Below, piece after piece: positions 45,203 to 57,960 of a DNA stretch of 64,000 bases. This DNA comes from Saprolegnia diclina VS20 (taxonomy: Eukaryota): NCBI RefSeq assembly GCF_000281045.1, contig NW_008246095.1:299087-363086 (forward strand), given 5' to 3'. Each line of letters starts with the position of its first letter. Positions within the stretch are counted from its first letter, which is position 1. A program made the translations under genes and the position numbers. The notes below the pieces were generated by a model. That model ran no database searches, had not been told where the DNA came from, and was given only the letters and a program-made list of their open reading frames with translations.

Positions 45203-45833
45203 GGAAGAATTTCGAAATGCGATCTTTCTTCGCGGGCGCATGACGAAGGGGCGTCCGAGGGTGACGGTTCCCATCGAAATGCTGCGTCTTGTCAAGGGGG
45301 TGGAGTGGACTTGTTGAGGAAGACTCCAAGTCTTCTCGATACTATCGGTGCAGCACGTTTCGTGGTCACGTCCGCTGCTCTGCTATTGTCCATAGGGATA
45401 AAGTTGCGGGTTGAACCCGACGATGTTAGCTGTGGTGCTGGACGGCAGGACTGAGCTACAATGTAGTGTCTACAACTTTGTGAAATACTCAGTGTACGTG
45501 TTGCTTCTGGGTGGGAAGAAGGTTGCCAAAACTACTGCACTACTACGAAAACTAGAACTAGCCTCAACGGGCTATAGAGCGGATGCGCCGGTGGCACACC
45601 AAATGGTTGAGCACCAAGGAGGAAGCGCGTATAGTCGAGCAATTGCTGCGTCGTATAATAGCATCGCAGCTCCGTTGAGATGCGGTCTCTCGTTGATTTC
45701 CACAAGGGTCTGCAGCATCCTGTGAAATTTGGCAAGTTGTTTGCTCCGGTTAAGTCCGATGCCAAAAGCGTACTTAGAATAGGAATTCACTTAAATGCGA
45801 CACAGTTCAAACGCGGCCAATTCGATCGCCGTG

Positions 45834-47206
45834 ATGAGCCGGCATGGCGAGGCAATGCTGCCGCCCGCCGAAGCCCGCGCCATCCAGGAAGCGCTCCTGT
45901 GTACGTCCATGCGTCTACTTGGGCTGGCGATGCTACGATGCCATCCTAGCCAGCAAGTACGGCGAGTTTCTCTGCAGCGTGTGCAGCAAGGTCGCGACGC
46001 TCAAGTGCTTGGCCTGTCGCGGCGCGTACTACTGCGCCAAGTGCGAGCGCAAAGAGCACAGTAAGAAGCACCGCCATAGCGAGCCGGCCGCCGTCATCCA
46101 TAGCAGAGGTACTGCATCCTTGCGTCTTGCGCGTCGAGCTTCAAGCTGCGTAGCCTGCGACGTCTGCCACGCGTGCAAGCTCGAGCTCTACTGCGAGACG
46201 TGCACCAAGCACGTGTGCATGACCTGCACTACGAGTCCATGTACTTCGAGCGCGCCGCATGCGCTATTGCCCATGAACGGTATGTCTCATGGCGATAGAT
46301 GCTTCCGCAATCGCGCCACGCCTAGGGGCGCGCGGCTTGTGCTTGGCGGTCCTCGACTGGCCGCGCGACTTTGTCGCTGCCATACAACGCGACACGGAAA
46401 AGTACGTGCCTGTCAAGGTCGAGAAGAAGGAGCCTATTGTGACACCCGTCGCCTCTCCACCTGCACCAGCCCGCGTTGTCCAGCCAGCACCCGTGGCTCC
46501 TTCGCCCGCCCCTTTGGTTCCACCCGCCTCTTTGGTCCCACCAACGTTACCAGTGTCTTTAACGTCACCGACCGCCGATGCGCCATTAGCCGCAAGCGAT
46601 CCCGACACGCTGCCGCACATTGGCTCGGACTCGATGAAGAGTGCAATGCTCGACAAGTACAACGCGGCGAACGCCGAAGTGATTTCGCTCGAGGAGAAGA
46701 TCAAGGTGCTCGCGAATCAAGTGCGGCTCGAGGTCAACAAGCAAGACATGACGGTCGCGCTCTCGTACAACAAGCAGCGCAACGAGATGCAGGTGGCGCT
46801 CGAGACGGTCTTGGAAGGCCGTGACGAGGCGCTCGCCCACCTCGTCGCGTTCAACCCGATCCTGCATGCGCAGTACCTAAACACACACGATGCGACCAAG
46901 CCCGAGTACAAGCCCGTCGTTGCGACGCCGACCATTGTGCAGCGCGTAGTGCCCGGAAAACACGCGCGCTGTGCGCGCCTCGAAGCCGAGATTCTGGCCC
47001 TCGAGACGCAGCGCGTGCGTGCCAACGCTGAGATCCACTTGGCGCTGGCGCAGGACGAGTTACGCGCGCTCGAGCCGCTCGGCCTCGAGATTTCGGCGCT
47101 CGAGCGGCAAATGGTGGCGCTTGACGCCGAGCGCAACAAGGAATTTTTGCTGCTCACAGTCTTTAGCAAGCGGCTCCGCGACCGAATCGGGACGCTCCAC
47201 GCATAA
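45834..47206 (+). CDS. B-box-like zinc-finger protein with Pro-rich linker and C-terminal coiled coils, multi-exon
   Basis: CSVC...CLAC...YCAKCERKEH...H and CDVC...YCETC...VCMTC...H, followed by a heptad-rich C-terminus. Confidence 0.75.
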
Positions 47207-47241
47207 GATGCAAGGTGATTGTCGTCGTTCTCAGTCTTGAA

Positions 47242-49847
47242 CTAGTACATGGCACACGGCACGTCGCTGAGCGGCATGGTCACGACGGCCGACACGATCG
47301 GCACACAGCTAGAGACACGAAAGTGTATCGACGACTGCTGGTGCTTCCGTGTACCTGTCTTTGCCGCAAACAAAGATGTAGATGCTGTCGGCCGCGCCAG
47401 TCTCCGAGATGCTCTCGACGTCGATCGCGTACGCGTACTGCACGCCCTACACTCGACGCTTTTGTGAGAAGTACACACGTTGCGCGACGAACTTACGGGC
47501 AACAGCAGCGGAATTTGCAACAGACTCTGCGGAATACGGTAGAGTCCATGGTCATAATGCAGCGCGATGGGAATATCCGCGGCAAACTTGGCGCCCGAGT
47601 TCTTCTCACGCGGTTAGGGTTATGACCGCAAGAGCGTGTCATACCTGCAACTGGAGCTGGATCTTGAAGTGGGGGCCGAGACCTTGGACTTTGGCGTTGA
47701 GGCGAATGGACGCCCCCGTCGCATATGAGACGGGGCCCTACATCGGCTAAAGCACGACGACCCTTTGGGCTTGGATGTACCTGGCCGTCGCGAATGACCT
47801 TGACATACGACCGCACAGTCGTGAGACGAAGCTTGCACAAGTCGCGCTACCAAAAATGACGTCAGAATAGGGCGTTTGGTTGGGTGGGCACCTGGAAATG
47901 GCGGTGCATCTCGATCGCGTGGTCGCGCTCGCGCTGCGTTTGCTCGACGTAGAGCTTTGTCTTCTTGGGCACGTTGAGTGGAATGTCTAGTCGGTGTGTC
48001 GATATACGGACAGTTGGAAAAGGAGTGTACCTTGCTCGGGGGGTGGTCCCGCCGACGTCGACGTGCCCTACACGAGTCGTATGCTGTCAAGTACAGTCGA
48101 TACTTGTACTTCAAGATCGGCGTTGCGCTGTAGGATCTTGAGCGTCAGAGCCCCCGACTAGAGAAAGTATGTCGTCAATATAGAATGAAATAGGGGTAGG
48201 TATATAGTATACCTTGTGCACGAGGACGAGGGACGCTTCTTCTCTGCCAAACTGGCCAAAGACCATGCCCGTGAGGAGGCTGTCGAGGTGGAACGACGTG
48301 ACTTTGATCTTTTCGTTGTAGAGCAGGATCTCGCCCTTCCGGAGCGCAATCAAAATGCCTCTCGAGTGTTTCGTGCGGGGGAGGTTGAGCGCCTCCATCG
48401 CCACCACGTCTTGAGGCATGGTCATGGACCAGTTCTTCTTGCCCTTTATTTGGTTTGTATCAACTTGATACATTTGTACTTCCAAGGTCGACTTACCTTG
48501 AGGTGGAAGGACGAGACTTTACGGTCCATACACGCCACGACGATGCTCTTCTCCATCTGCAAGAGCGCGCACGCAGGCGACTCGAGCTCGATCACGCTCT
48601 TGAGCAACTCGCCATTCTAAAGAATATCAACTTGAAGATTGTATGGTCCCTAGAGGCGCACCTTGACCGTGTACACGGAGCCGTTCCGGCACGACACGAT
48701 CAGCCGATACTCGACGTCGTAGAGCCCGTTGACAACAATTTCGACCGGCGTCGACGGCAAACACGCCTTTGTTGTAATGTTGGCGCCTTGCTGGTCGAGG
48801 ACATAGATCTAGGCGCCGCATTGGATATTGTAATATAAGAAATGAGTACCTGGCCGGCTTCGGTGCCCACAACGAGGCTACGCGCTGTGCGTCACGCAAT
48901 CGTGTGGTGTTTCGAGCGACGTACCAGCCAATCGCATCCTTCTCGTCCATGTTTTTGCTCAGCGTCGTCATGCACGTGACGGACGTGTGCTCGATGAGCG
49001 GGTCGTCCATGTATCTATGCAGATAGTATCGCAACGCAATCCATTGGATAGGTTGTATCCAGTGTACCGCGACACAAACTCGGCTTGTTGCTCCATGTCG
49101 TCGATGGCGAGGAACCCGCGGGAGCGCTGCGTCAGTACCGCACCGTTGCTCCTGGATAGTTGAATCGTTGGATTGGATAGAAAGTGAATAGTAGAAGATA
49201 GTTGGGTACCGAAGGACGTTGAGCTGGTGCACGGCGCCAACAATGTCGACTTCGCACTTGGCGAGTTGGCCCCAGAGCTTGGTTTCGTCCGGCGACACGT
49301 CCAGCGACGGCAGCGTAAACTTGTAGTACGGTCGCATGTTGCGGTAAATGTAGATCGAAGGTCCCGACGCCACCGCGATCGATGGCGTGCGCGGCCGCGT
49401 CGCGTCTAGAGCCGTTGTTATGTGGTACGTATTGTTGAACTGTCGCACCCGAGTAGAAGACGCTGAGCGCAACAGGCACGCCCAAGACGGCTTGTTCGCT
49501 CAGAAGCGTCGTGCCTACAACAGAGCTGCAGCCACGTACACAGCATGCGACGCCCGGACCTTTGTACATTTTGAGCCGGCGGTCGGCGTCGGCAATGAGC
49601 AGCTTGTAGTCGCCGTCGCCGTAGACATCCGCGAGCTTGATGCAGCTATGCAAGTACTTGTATATAGCAACGCGATAAAAGTCTGACGTACGGCGAGAAG
49701 GCCTTGATGCCGGCCACCGTGTTGTGGTACGCGTGGAGCCATGGATCTAGCGCTTCTTCCTGAGCTCTGATTCATATGCGATGATGTTGTACTCTTCTCG
49801 GCCTTGGCCTCGGTCTTCTCCGCGGTGGTCGCATTCGCCTCGGCCAT
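47242..49847 (-). CDS. BBS1: Bardet-Biedl syndrome 1 protein (BBSome subunit), many introns
   Basis: LADVYGDGDYKLLIAD, PSIAVASGPSIYIYRNMRPYYKFTLP, FGQFGREEASL, and C-terminal SAVVTMPLSD. Confidence 0.93.
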
Positions 49848-49957
49848 TCTGGCTGGTTGCAGATATGAACCGACGCGATCTTGCTTCGTTTCCAATGAGC
49901 CATAACCGTCTGAGGACGCGTGGCAGAACGACGCAGCGACGGCGTTTGGATCGCCCA

Positions 49958-50317
49958 ATGCGTGGGCTCACTACAGTACGTGCTGCTGCTACACGACATG
50001 GAGCGTCCATCTACTTGGCTGCTGCGCGCGGTGGCGGCCGACGACGATACATGCGTGCGTCGAGCGATCGGGTCTACTGGCGCGACAGGCGGCTTCGTCA
50101 ATCTGATCACTCGGTGCTGCGTCGCGGCTATGCTCCGAGCCAGCGTCGTTGTCTTCTCGCTGTTGGGTCCCGTTTTGTGCTTACATGCAACGAGGTGGTG
50201 CCTCGATGGCTGTGGTGGATGGCGCTGCAGAGAGCCATACAAATTGACCCTCACCCATGTTGCCCCGTTGACGGCTTGAAGCACTGGGCATCTGTGGCAT
50301 CGTTGCCGTCGGTATAA
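49958..50317 (+). CDS. Possible divergent PH-domain-like ORF or fragment
   Basis: RRRYMRASSDRVYW and RFVLTCNEVVPRWLWWMALQRAI resemble PH strands 2-3 and the terminal helix. Weak codon bias. Confidence 0.25.
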   Translation: MRGLTTVRAAATRHGASIYLAAARGGGRRRYMRASSDRVYWRDRRLRQSDHSVLRRGYAPSQRRCLLAVGSRFVLTCNEVVPRWLWWMALQRAIQIDPHPCCPVDGLKHWASVASLPSV

Positions 50318-50896
50318 GCGGTACAGCTACCACCGACTCGAGCTTGCTGCACGAGACGTTGAAGCAGCAGTGCATTACATTATTGTACTGTGGCGTACGT
50401 TCTTCGTCGGGGCTTCTTCGTGGCAAGGACCTGCAGGATCAAGCGTCTGGTTTGGCGGCTTCAACAACAAGACGCTGGGCAGGTGGCCTTTTTACAAACC
50501 ATACATGATCCGCGTCCAACTCTGTCACTCGGACCTCTGCTGTCGTCACGTCAGCACGCAAGATCGGCAACGTCATTGTCAATCCGTCTGAAGTCGAGAG
50601 ACGCAGCGCGCCATCACGGAGGTGATCTCTACACAATCGATGTGCTTCTTTCACGTTCCTAGCCGCACATTCACCTGGACTATGGAATGTAGACTGGTCA
50701 CGGAACGCCAGGTGCATCTTAGGTGCGGCAGCGTGACACGCGCCAGCGGACGGTCCATGCTTGCGTAACTCGCACCCAGCACCTGGTTACCACCACATGG
50801 CGACGGACATCTGATCCGGTCCTTTGCGTGGTGGCGAGGTCGCCTTCAATAAAGTCTCTTCTCCCAATCTTTTTCATTTGTCAAGTCGCTCCCAAG

Positions 50897-52261
50897 ATGG
50901 CAGTCGACGCGTACGCTACGGTGCAGACCCCGGTGGACGGCGCCACGCCGATCGCGCGTCCGCCCAAGTCGATCGCTCGCCGCATCCTCTCGTCGCTCAC
51001 GTTTTGGATCGTGCTCGGGACGATTCTCGGCATCATTCTTGGTGAAGTCGCACCGTCCTTTTCCAAGTCGGCCGCGCCCATGGCCCAAATCTTCCTCCGG
51101 CCGATCCAGTTCATCGTGTTCCCGCTCGTCTTTTCGTCGCTCGTTGTCGGTATCGCCGGCAATGGCGACCTCAAAGCGCTCGGCCGCCTCTCGCTCAAGT
51201 CGTTCATCTACTTTGAGGTTGTGACGACGCTCGCGCTCATCATTGGCCTCCTTGCGGTCAACATTGCGAGCCCCGGGTCGTCGATCCAGCAAGGCAAAAA
51301 CTACACCGGCAAGCCCTCCGACTCGTTTACATTTGCGCTCTGGATCAACCATTTGACGCCCAAGACGTGGGGTGAAATGATGGGCGGCTCGGGCAGCTCG
51401 GAGCTCCTCCAAGTGCTCGTGGCGTCGATCCTCGTCGGTGTCGCGACCGCCATGACGGCCGAGCACCACAAGCGCGTGCTTCTCGAACTGGCGACTGCGG
51501 TCATGGAGATGATGTTCAAGTTTGTCGACATTGTCATCTGGACCGCGCCGCTCGGCGTCTGCTTTGCGGTCGCGAATGCGATCGGCGCCAACGGCGTGAG
51601 TGCGCTCAGTGCCCTCGGCGCGCTCGTCGTCACCTTGTATGTGACCTTGGTCATCTTTATCCTTGTCATTTTTGGCGCCATTTTTGCCTTCTTCAAGATC
51701 AACCCGATCGAATTCCTCACCGCGATGCGCGAGCCGCTCGTGATTGCGTACACAACCGCGACCTCGGAAGCCGCGCTGCCCAAAGTGTTTGAGGCGCTCG
51801 CAGCGTACGGTGTGTCGCCCCACATTTCGGCGTTCGTTGTCCCCTTTGGCTACTCGTTCAACCTCGACGGGTCGACCTTGTACCTCTCGCTTGCGGCGGT
51901 GTTTTGCGCCCAAGCCACGCACATTGACAAGACGATCGGCGAGCAAATCGTCATGGTGCTCATGCTCATGATCTCGTCCAAGGGTGTCGCGGGCGTCCGC
52001 TCGGCGAGTATCATTGTCCTCGCGTCGACCGTCGACCAGTTTAGCATCCCGAACTGGCCCGTGACGCTCATCTTGGCCGCCGATTGGCTCATGGACATGG
52101 CGCGCACGTTCACCAACGTCTTTGGCAACTGCCTCGCAGCCGTCGTCATGGCCAAGCTCGAGGGCGAGTTCCGCAAGGACGGCTGGGAGAAGGCGCTCGA
52201 GATTGCCAACGAAGGCGACGACGAGCATATCCTTGTCGACGATGACAAGCACACCGTGTAA
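50897..52261 (+). CDS. Dicarboxylate/amino acid:cation symporter (DAACS), GltP/DctA-like, intronless
   Basis: PLVFSSLVVGIA, YFEVVTTLAL, TATSEAALP, PFGYSFNLDGSTLY, SKGVAGV, DMARTFTNVFGN. Confidence 0.95.
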   Translation: MAVDAYATVQTPVDGATPIARPPKSIARRILSSLTFWIVLGTILGIILGEVAPSFSKSAAPMAQIFLRPIQFIVFPLVFSSLVVGIAGNGDLKALGRLSLKSFIYFEVVTTLALIIGLLAVNIASPGSSIQQGKNYTGKPSDSFTFALWINHLTPKTWGEMMGGSGSSELLQVLVASILVGVATAMTAEHHKRVLLELATAVMEMMFKFVDIVIWTAPLGVCFAVANAIGANGVSALSALGALVVTLYVTLVIFILVIFGAIFAFFKINPIEFLTAMREPLVIAYTTATSEAALPKVFEALAAYGVSPHISAFVVPFGYSFNLDGSTLYLSLAAVFCAQATHIDKTIGEQIVMVLMLMISSKGVAGVRSASIIVLASTVDQFSIPNWPVTLILAADWLMDMARTFTNVFGNCLAAVVMAKLEGEFRKDGWEKALEIANEGDDEHILVDDDKHTV

Positions 52262-52524
52262 ACGAACAGACGCCTTCGATGATACTCGTATGTCTATATA
52301 ATAGTACAGTTTGTCTTCTACATACGATGTACTTCTGGGGCTTACGGCTTGGTGCACTGCGTTCGACGCAGCGTGCGATATTGTTTTAGTCGATGCTGGC
52401 GACTAGAAGAGCGCAGCTTTCCGCTGTGCTGCCGACTGCTATGCCAAAACTGGACGACTAAAAGTTTATGCAGAAGCTTCGTGCTTGGTTTCCATCACAA
52501 GAGTCCAGTTGCTTGAAGTACTGG

Positions 52525-53590
52525 TTACGCAGCGGGGGTCGATCGGCGGTGGCGAATGGGACGCCGGAGCCAGGGCTGGCCTTCGGCGCGCTGTGTCTCG
52601 ACGTTGTCGATCTGCAAAGCGCCTAGAGGGTCTTGGACGCGTCCCGAATGCGCGCCAAAGCGACTTTGAAGCATGACTTGGATCGCGGCTGTAGGTGCTT
52701 CGTCGTACGCAGTCCAGCCGCATCCATTCTTGTGCTGGACGTCGACGCCCGCGTCGACGAGCGCCGACACAATCTGCTGTAGCAGCCGCATCTCATGCAG
52801 GTCAACGTAGTGCCGCGCGGCGAGCGCAATCGCATTGTTGTCATCGACGTCTCGCGTGTCGATGGCCGACGCACCATGCGTCATCAAGAGCGTCATCATG
52901 GCCACTTGGTGCTGCGGCGCGCTAGTCGTGTCATGCTGTCTTCTGGCACATGAGAAAGCAACGGCAGCGTACCGCAGCGCCCACACGAGGGGAGGTTGAC
53001 AAAGCTAGTACATTCATAGAGATCCGGAGGCCACCGGTTCGATACCTCGTGGTTGCCCACATTCACCTACGCCATTGTCCAGCAAATAGAAAGGTAGACG
53101 ATGTACGTACGCTCGCTGCGGCGCCGGCAAGCAGTAGCATTTTGACGAGCTTGAGGTTGGCAATGCCGCATGCTACGCAGATCGCTCCAAGCATCGCCCA
53201 AGAGGCGAACGCTACCATAATGTAGTGGCGTCGCGCCGGCCGCTGTGGCCAAGCACGCGTCGACGTCACCTACAGCGTTCAAGAACGGCGCCCGCGGTGT
53301 CGACTACGCATCGTCGCGTGACCATGGCTCATGGTACAACATCGTACGTAGCTCCGCGCATTGGGTTCGGCGCCATGCACGAGCAGGAGCTGCACAAGCG
53401 GCAAGCGCTCGTGGAGCACCGCCACGTGGAGCAGTGTCTCGCCCGCCTGCAGTATGTCGTCCTAGCACCTCGTATTTCATGTGCGTACGTACTGCGTTGA
53501 CACTCTTGGCGCTCGCACCACCGCGCAGGTAGGCTTGAAGCGTCGTCAAGTCGCCGCATTCGATCGCTCTGTCCAAGCCACGTCAGGTTC
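52525..53590 (-). CDS. Ankyrin-repeat protein, multi-exon; ends uncertain
   Basis: RAIECGDLTTLQAYLRGGA, GETLLHVAV...LLLVHGAEPN, GATPLHY, LVDAGVDVQHKNGCGWTAYD. Confidence 0.7.
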
Positions 53591-54097
53591 GAGCGCCAAG
53601 ACCGGTCTACCGCGTCAGCGTCAAGGGCGAAGGGAGCACCTGCCGCGCTGCGCCACGAGGGTACGTTTGCTACCGATCGTATGGTGCATGAGGCGTACCT
53701 GGCAGCAGGGATTGCTCGGCCTCTCCGTGCAGAAAGCTATCACATAGGAGGCGCGTGTGGACGTTATTGCTGCCAGCAAGAACGAGCTGACCGTCGGTCC
53801 TCCAGGCCAAGAAAGCACTACAGGTCGCACGCATCCTCGCTACCCACACGCTTCAAGGCTGTCGTACATGCACGTTGTGGTCGGCGATACCGGCGTCGTT
53901 GCGGCGCATGCTCTGCAGCGTGGCCGTATGGCCATGCTCATAGCGCTGGCGCGCCCATCGCTGCGTCGCTTCCGACGCCATCGAAACGTTCGCGTCCGTT
54001 TCGGGCGCAGGACGGTCGCCATGAGGGTCGTGCGTCGTATCGAGGGACTCGATATATTACTAACCACTATAAGGAAACACTAGAAAAGGCTGTGCAT

Positions 54098-54372
54098 CTA
54101 GGCGCTGCCGCCGACGAGGATGTTGTTGATCGGGATGTGCACGAGCTTGACGAAGAAGCCGATGAAGCCCATCATGAGGAAGCCAATGCTCGTGGCGCCG
54201 GCAATGCGCGTGAACTCTACAGACGTGCAGCATGAGCATGATCCTTATAGCATCATGGCCATGAGGATGGCGTACCCTTGCGGTCGGGCTTGGTGCACTT
54301 CTTGACGAGGTGGATCGAGTTCTTGGCAAAGGCCTTGAGCGGCTCGATCACGATAGCGTTGACGTCCGACAT
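54098..54372 (-). CDS. SEC61G: Translocon subunit Sec61-gamma, 71 aa; exons 54372-54276 and 54216-54098
   Basis: Spliced [71 protein letters not shown]. 59-nt GT-AG intron. Absent from the ORF track. Confidence 0.97.
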
Positions 54373-54379
54373 GTTGGAA

Positions 54380-54396
54380 GGGAAATTGCAAATGCC
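54380..54396 (-). promoter_or_regulatory. Oomycete-type initiator/FPR core promoter of SEC61G
   Basis: GGCATTTGCAATTTCCC on the minus strand, ending 7 nt before the ATG. Confidence 0.6.
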
Positions 54397-55985
54397 ACGA
54401 CTGCCGTCAATCGAGGTTTCTATTTTCACTTCGCATCCAGCATTTTAACCAATCATAGGCTTCGATTTCGAAGAATAGATGGACTTTTGACCAATCCCAG
54501 ACTGCAACGTAGGGCACACACCCGTTGCGATCGACTCGGATAAGTGCGCGTGGTGTGTAACCGCACTTGGTCGAGTCGTAGCATTGCATGACGCTTCAAA
54601 GCTTGAAGGCGACCGACCGTGGCGACGACGACGACGGACAAGCAGTCGGTTGCTGCCTCTGCACACTCGCACGGATGCCACGCCGAAGCATACGTGGACA
54701 GATCATTGTTCGTGGTGAAGAAAGCTTGTGGCAGTTGGAAGCCCAACATGCGTTGTATGCTTGTGGCTGGGCTCGTTCGAGCATGGACACGTGCAGTGAC
54801 CTTGGCCTGGATAGCGTGCTTGGCTGCAGCAAGGTCCAGCAAGTTATCGGTCACGAGAGCGTCTCCTCGTGTCGTGAACATATCTTTTCGCAGCAGTCCT
54901 CTGTACAGAGTGATCGATGACCTTTCGACTGCTTCCTCGTCACCGAGTGCCAAAGTGCCCCCGAACGCCAAGGCAGCGCGTTCAATATACTACACAAGGA
55001 ATACTGCTTTCGCTTGCGCCTCGTCGTGCATTGGCCAACCGGTTTATCCAAACCGCCACTGTGACAAGGTCAACGACTTGGCCATACTGCGTATGACGAG
55101 AAAGCTGTCGTGTTCCGGGTGCAGTGGTCGCGGCTTCTCTGCTTCGCCCTCAAGTTCTTGACGTGAGCTCGTCGGAGTGGGATAGAACAAATGACGCCAG
55201 TCCATGTAACCTCGTCCACATCATTCATCCTTGGCTGGCTACGTTGGCAGATACAAGTACCGGACAACGTCGGTGGGCCTTCGTGCGCTGCACTTGGTGC
55301 TTGATGCATTTGATGGTCTCAGCGTCATGGGAAGTAGCCACCACTTGCCCCGTAGCACAGTAGCCTGGTTCGTCGCCAGTCGTTGCAATGACGCTACGAC
55401 CGAAGACCGAAGAGCGCCAGAGCAAACGGAACTCATCGCGACAAGACTGCATCATCCATAGACACTTTACTAGACACTTCTCGACGCCCCTTCCAGTCGA
55501 AGGCTCTTGCGCCTTCGATGATATCTTCTTTCTTCTGGCACGAGCAACATCGGTACATTAGCGTTATCGGCCGCCACGTCTTCGTCGTTATCGCAAGCAT
55601 GTTTTTGCCATCACGCATTATTGGGTCACTCTTGCATAGTTACGCTGTCGAGTCTTTACCGTTCGGCTGTCAATGACATGAGACCACTGGAGCCGACGAG
55701 GTCGGTGCTCAACAAGCACTTCCACGCTGCGCAACCTTGGCGTGTACGGCCTATGTACAAGGAACGCACAGCTTTGCACGCGCCGCCTCGGGGGCGGCCA
55801 TTGAATTTCAGACATTCAAGTTGAAGCGTTGCTGCGACAGGCGAAGTTCGAAGCAGTCGATGGCAACTCCACACGAGGCGACCAATGAAATGAGCTTCGA
55901 ACTTCCGTTGGGACTCTAAATTGAAACGGTGGCCCGCGAGTGAGGAGCTTCTAGTCATCAAAACACCAGCTCCTTGTACATAGCC

Positions 55986-57526
55986 ATGGCGCAGCAGTCC
56001 CCGTTCGCTACGTCCGAAGAGCCCGCGCCGATCCGCGCCCGGTCGGGCACCGTGCCCATGATGAGCTCGCTCACGCGCGGCGAGACCGAGTCGATCCCGA
56101 TCTACAAGTTTGTGCTCACGGGCGGCCCGTGCGCCGGCAAGACGACGTCGCTCGAGCGCCTCTCGACCTACTTCCGGTACTTTTCGCCGCGCACGCTCGC
56201 CATGTACCACGATGGCCCTATCTAGAGAGCGTGGTTTCCGCGTCTACATGGTGCCCGAGGCCTCGACGCTGCTCCAGTCGGGCGGCGCCCATTTCTTGTA
56301 CGCCAGCATCACCATTCTTCTTTTTCACATGGTCTGTTTGACGCATTAGGGACCTCAAGCCCACGGACATTATTAACTTCCAGTGGGCCATTCTGTCGAC
56401 GCAGATGCAGCTCGAAGACACGTTTGTGGCACTGGCACGGGACACCAAGCTGCCGTGCGTCATCCTCTGCGATCGCGGCGCCATGGACGGCTCGGCCTAC
56501 ATGGACCCGGAGGAGTGGGAAGATCTCAAGCTCCAGCACGACCTCGACACGGTCACGCTCCGCGATACGTACGTCGGCGATTGCTCGGACAAATGACACG
56601 ATTCTCTGTCTAGTCGCTACAACGCGGTGTTCCACCTCGTGACGACGGCGAACGGCGCGCCCCAGTTTTACACGCTTGACAACAACGGCACGCGCATCGA
56701 AACGATCGAGCAGGCGTGCGCAGTCGACGAGCGCATCTGCCACGCGTGGATCGGCCACCCCAAGCTCTTTGTCTTTGGTATTATACGAGCTTCTTGGTAG
56801 CTTGTACGACTCTTGTATGTAGACAACTCGACGGGCTTTGAGAGCAAGATGCAGCGTCTCATCAACTGCGCTGCGACGCTCACGGGTCTCCCGTCGACGG
56901 TCAAGTCGAGTAAGAAGTTCCTCCTCCGCTCGCTGCCGTCGCCCGCGTCCATGCCCGTCCACTGCGAAGAGTTCGAAGTCGAGAAGGTCTACCTCATGCC
57001 CCACCCGAGCGGTACCAAATGGCTCTGGATATGCACTAAGCTCTGAGATCCCGCGTGTATAGATGGCCCGGACGACTATGTCTTTGTCCGCTGCCGCACG
57101 CAGTATGGCATTCCAGTCTACGGCATGACGACGGTCCGCACGATCGCCGGGACGGGCGAGCCGTACGTTTCAATGTTTCAAGTTCAGGCAATGTATCGTT
57201 GTCGTAGGGTGCATCTCAAGCGCGTGCTCTCGGCGCGCGAGTACACGTATGCGGTGCGCCACCGCGCCGACCCGAGCCGCCGCATCATCAAGCAGAAGCG
57301 CATCTGCTTCTTGTGGAAGAACCAGTCGTTCAACATCCACATCTACAAGGAGCCAATCGAGCTTGCGAGCCAAGGCATCGTGCACATCCAGGCAAGCATC
57401 GAGTCGACGGCGACCGTCATGATGCCGGGCTTCCTCGATACGGACGAAGAAATGGACGAGTCGCACCCGCTCTACACGGGCTACCACGTCTCGCTCAAGG
57501 AAATGGACATCCCCAACGTCTTGTAA
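55986..57526 (+). CDS. TTD14/NadR-type P-loop (AAA_28) protein with C-terminal CYTH-like domain, multi-exon
   Basis: VLTGGPCAGKTT Walker A, VPEAST, ILCDRGAMDGSAY, YNAVFHLVT, EFEVEKVYL, IKQKRICFLWKNQSF. Confidence 0.88.
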
Positions 57527-57960
57527 GCATTCAATTGACCAAGCCTCTCCGTATACAAACTGGCGTGTTCGAAGTTGTGCTTGGCATCGAAGGACTCGGA
57601 CGCCAACCGTGGATGCAAGGCCCTTTGACGACGTCGTGATTGTCGATATAGCCCAGTTTCCATGGCATGCAGCCGAGCAAGCAAGTAGATCGAGGGCATT
57701 GAGAGGCTCCTTCACGTGGCGCTTCCCGATACTATATGGAGTGAAGGGACTGTAGGAAACAGTCGTTGACTTGACAGCCAACATCGTGCGTTGAAGATTA
57801 CTCGTTTGGCGAGTGAGATTCAGGTAGCCTTGGAGGTCTCCAACCCGGCACCAGGTCGCTCGCTACCCTAACACTTGGATGGCGTGGGCCAGTGCAACGT
57901 CCGCGATACCATTCGAAGAACAAATTATGCATTTCTTGTGCTCGTATATCGCAATGGTGA

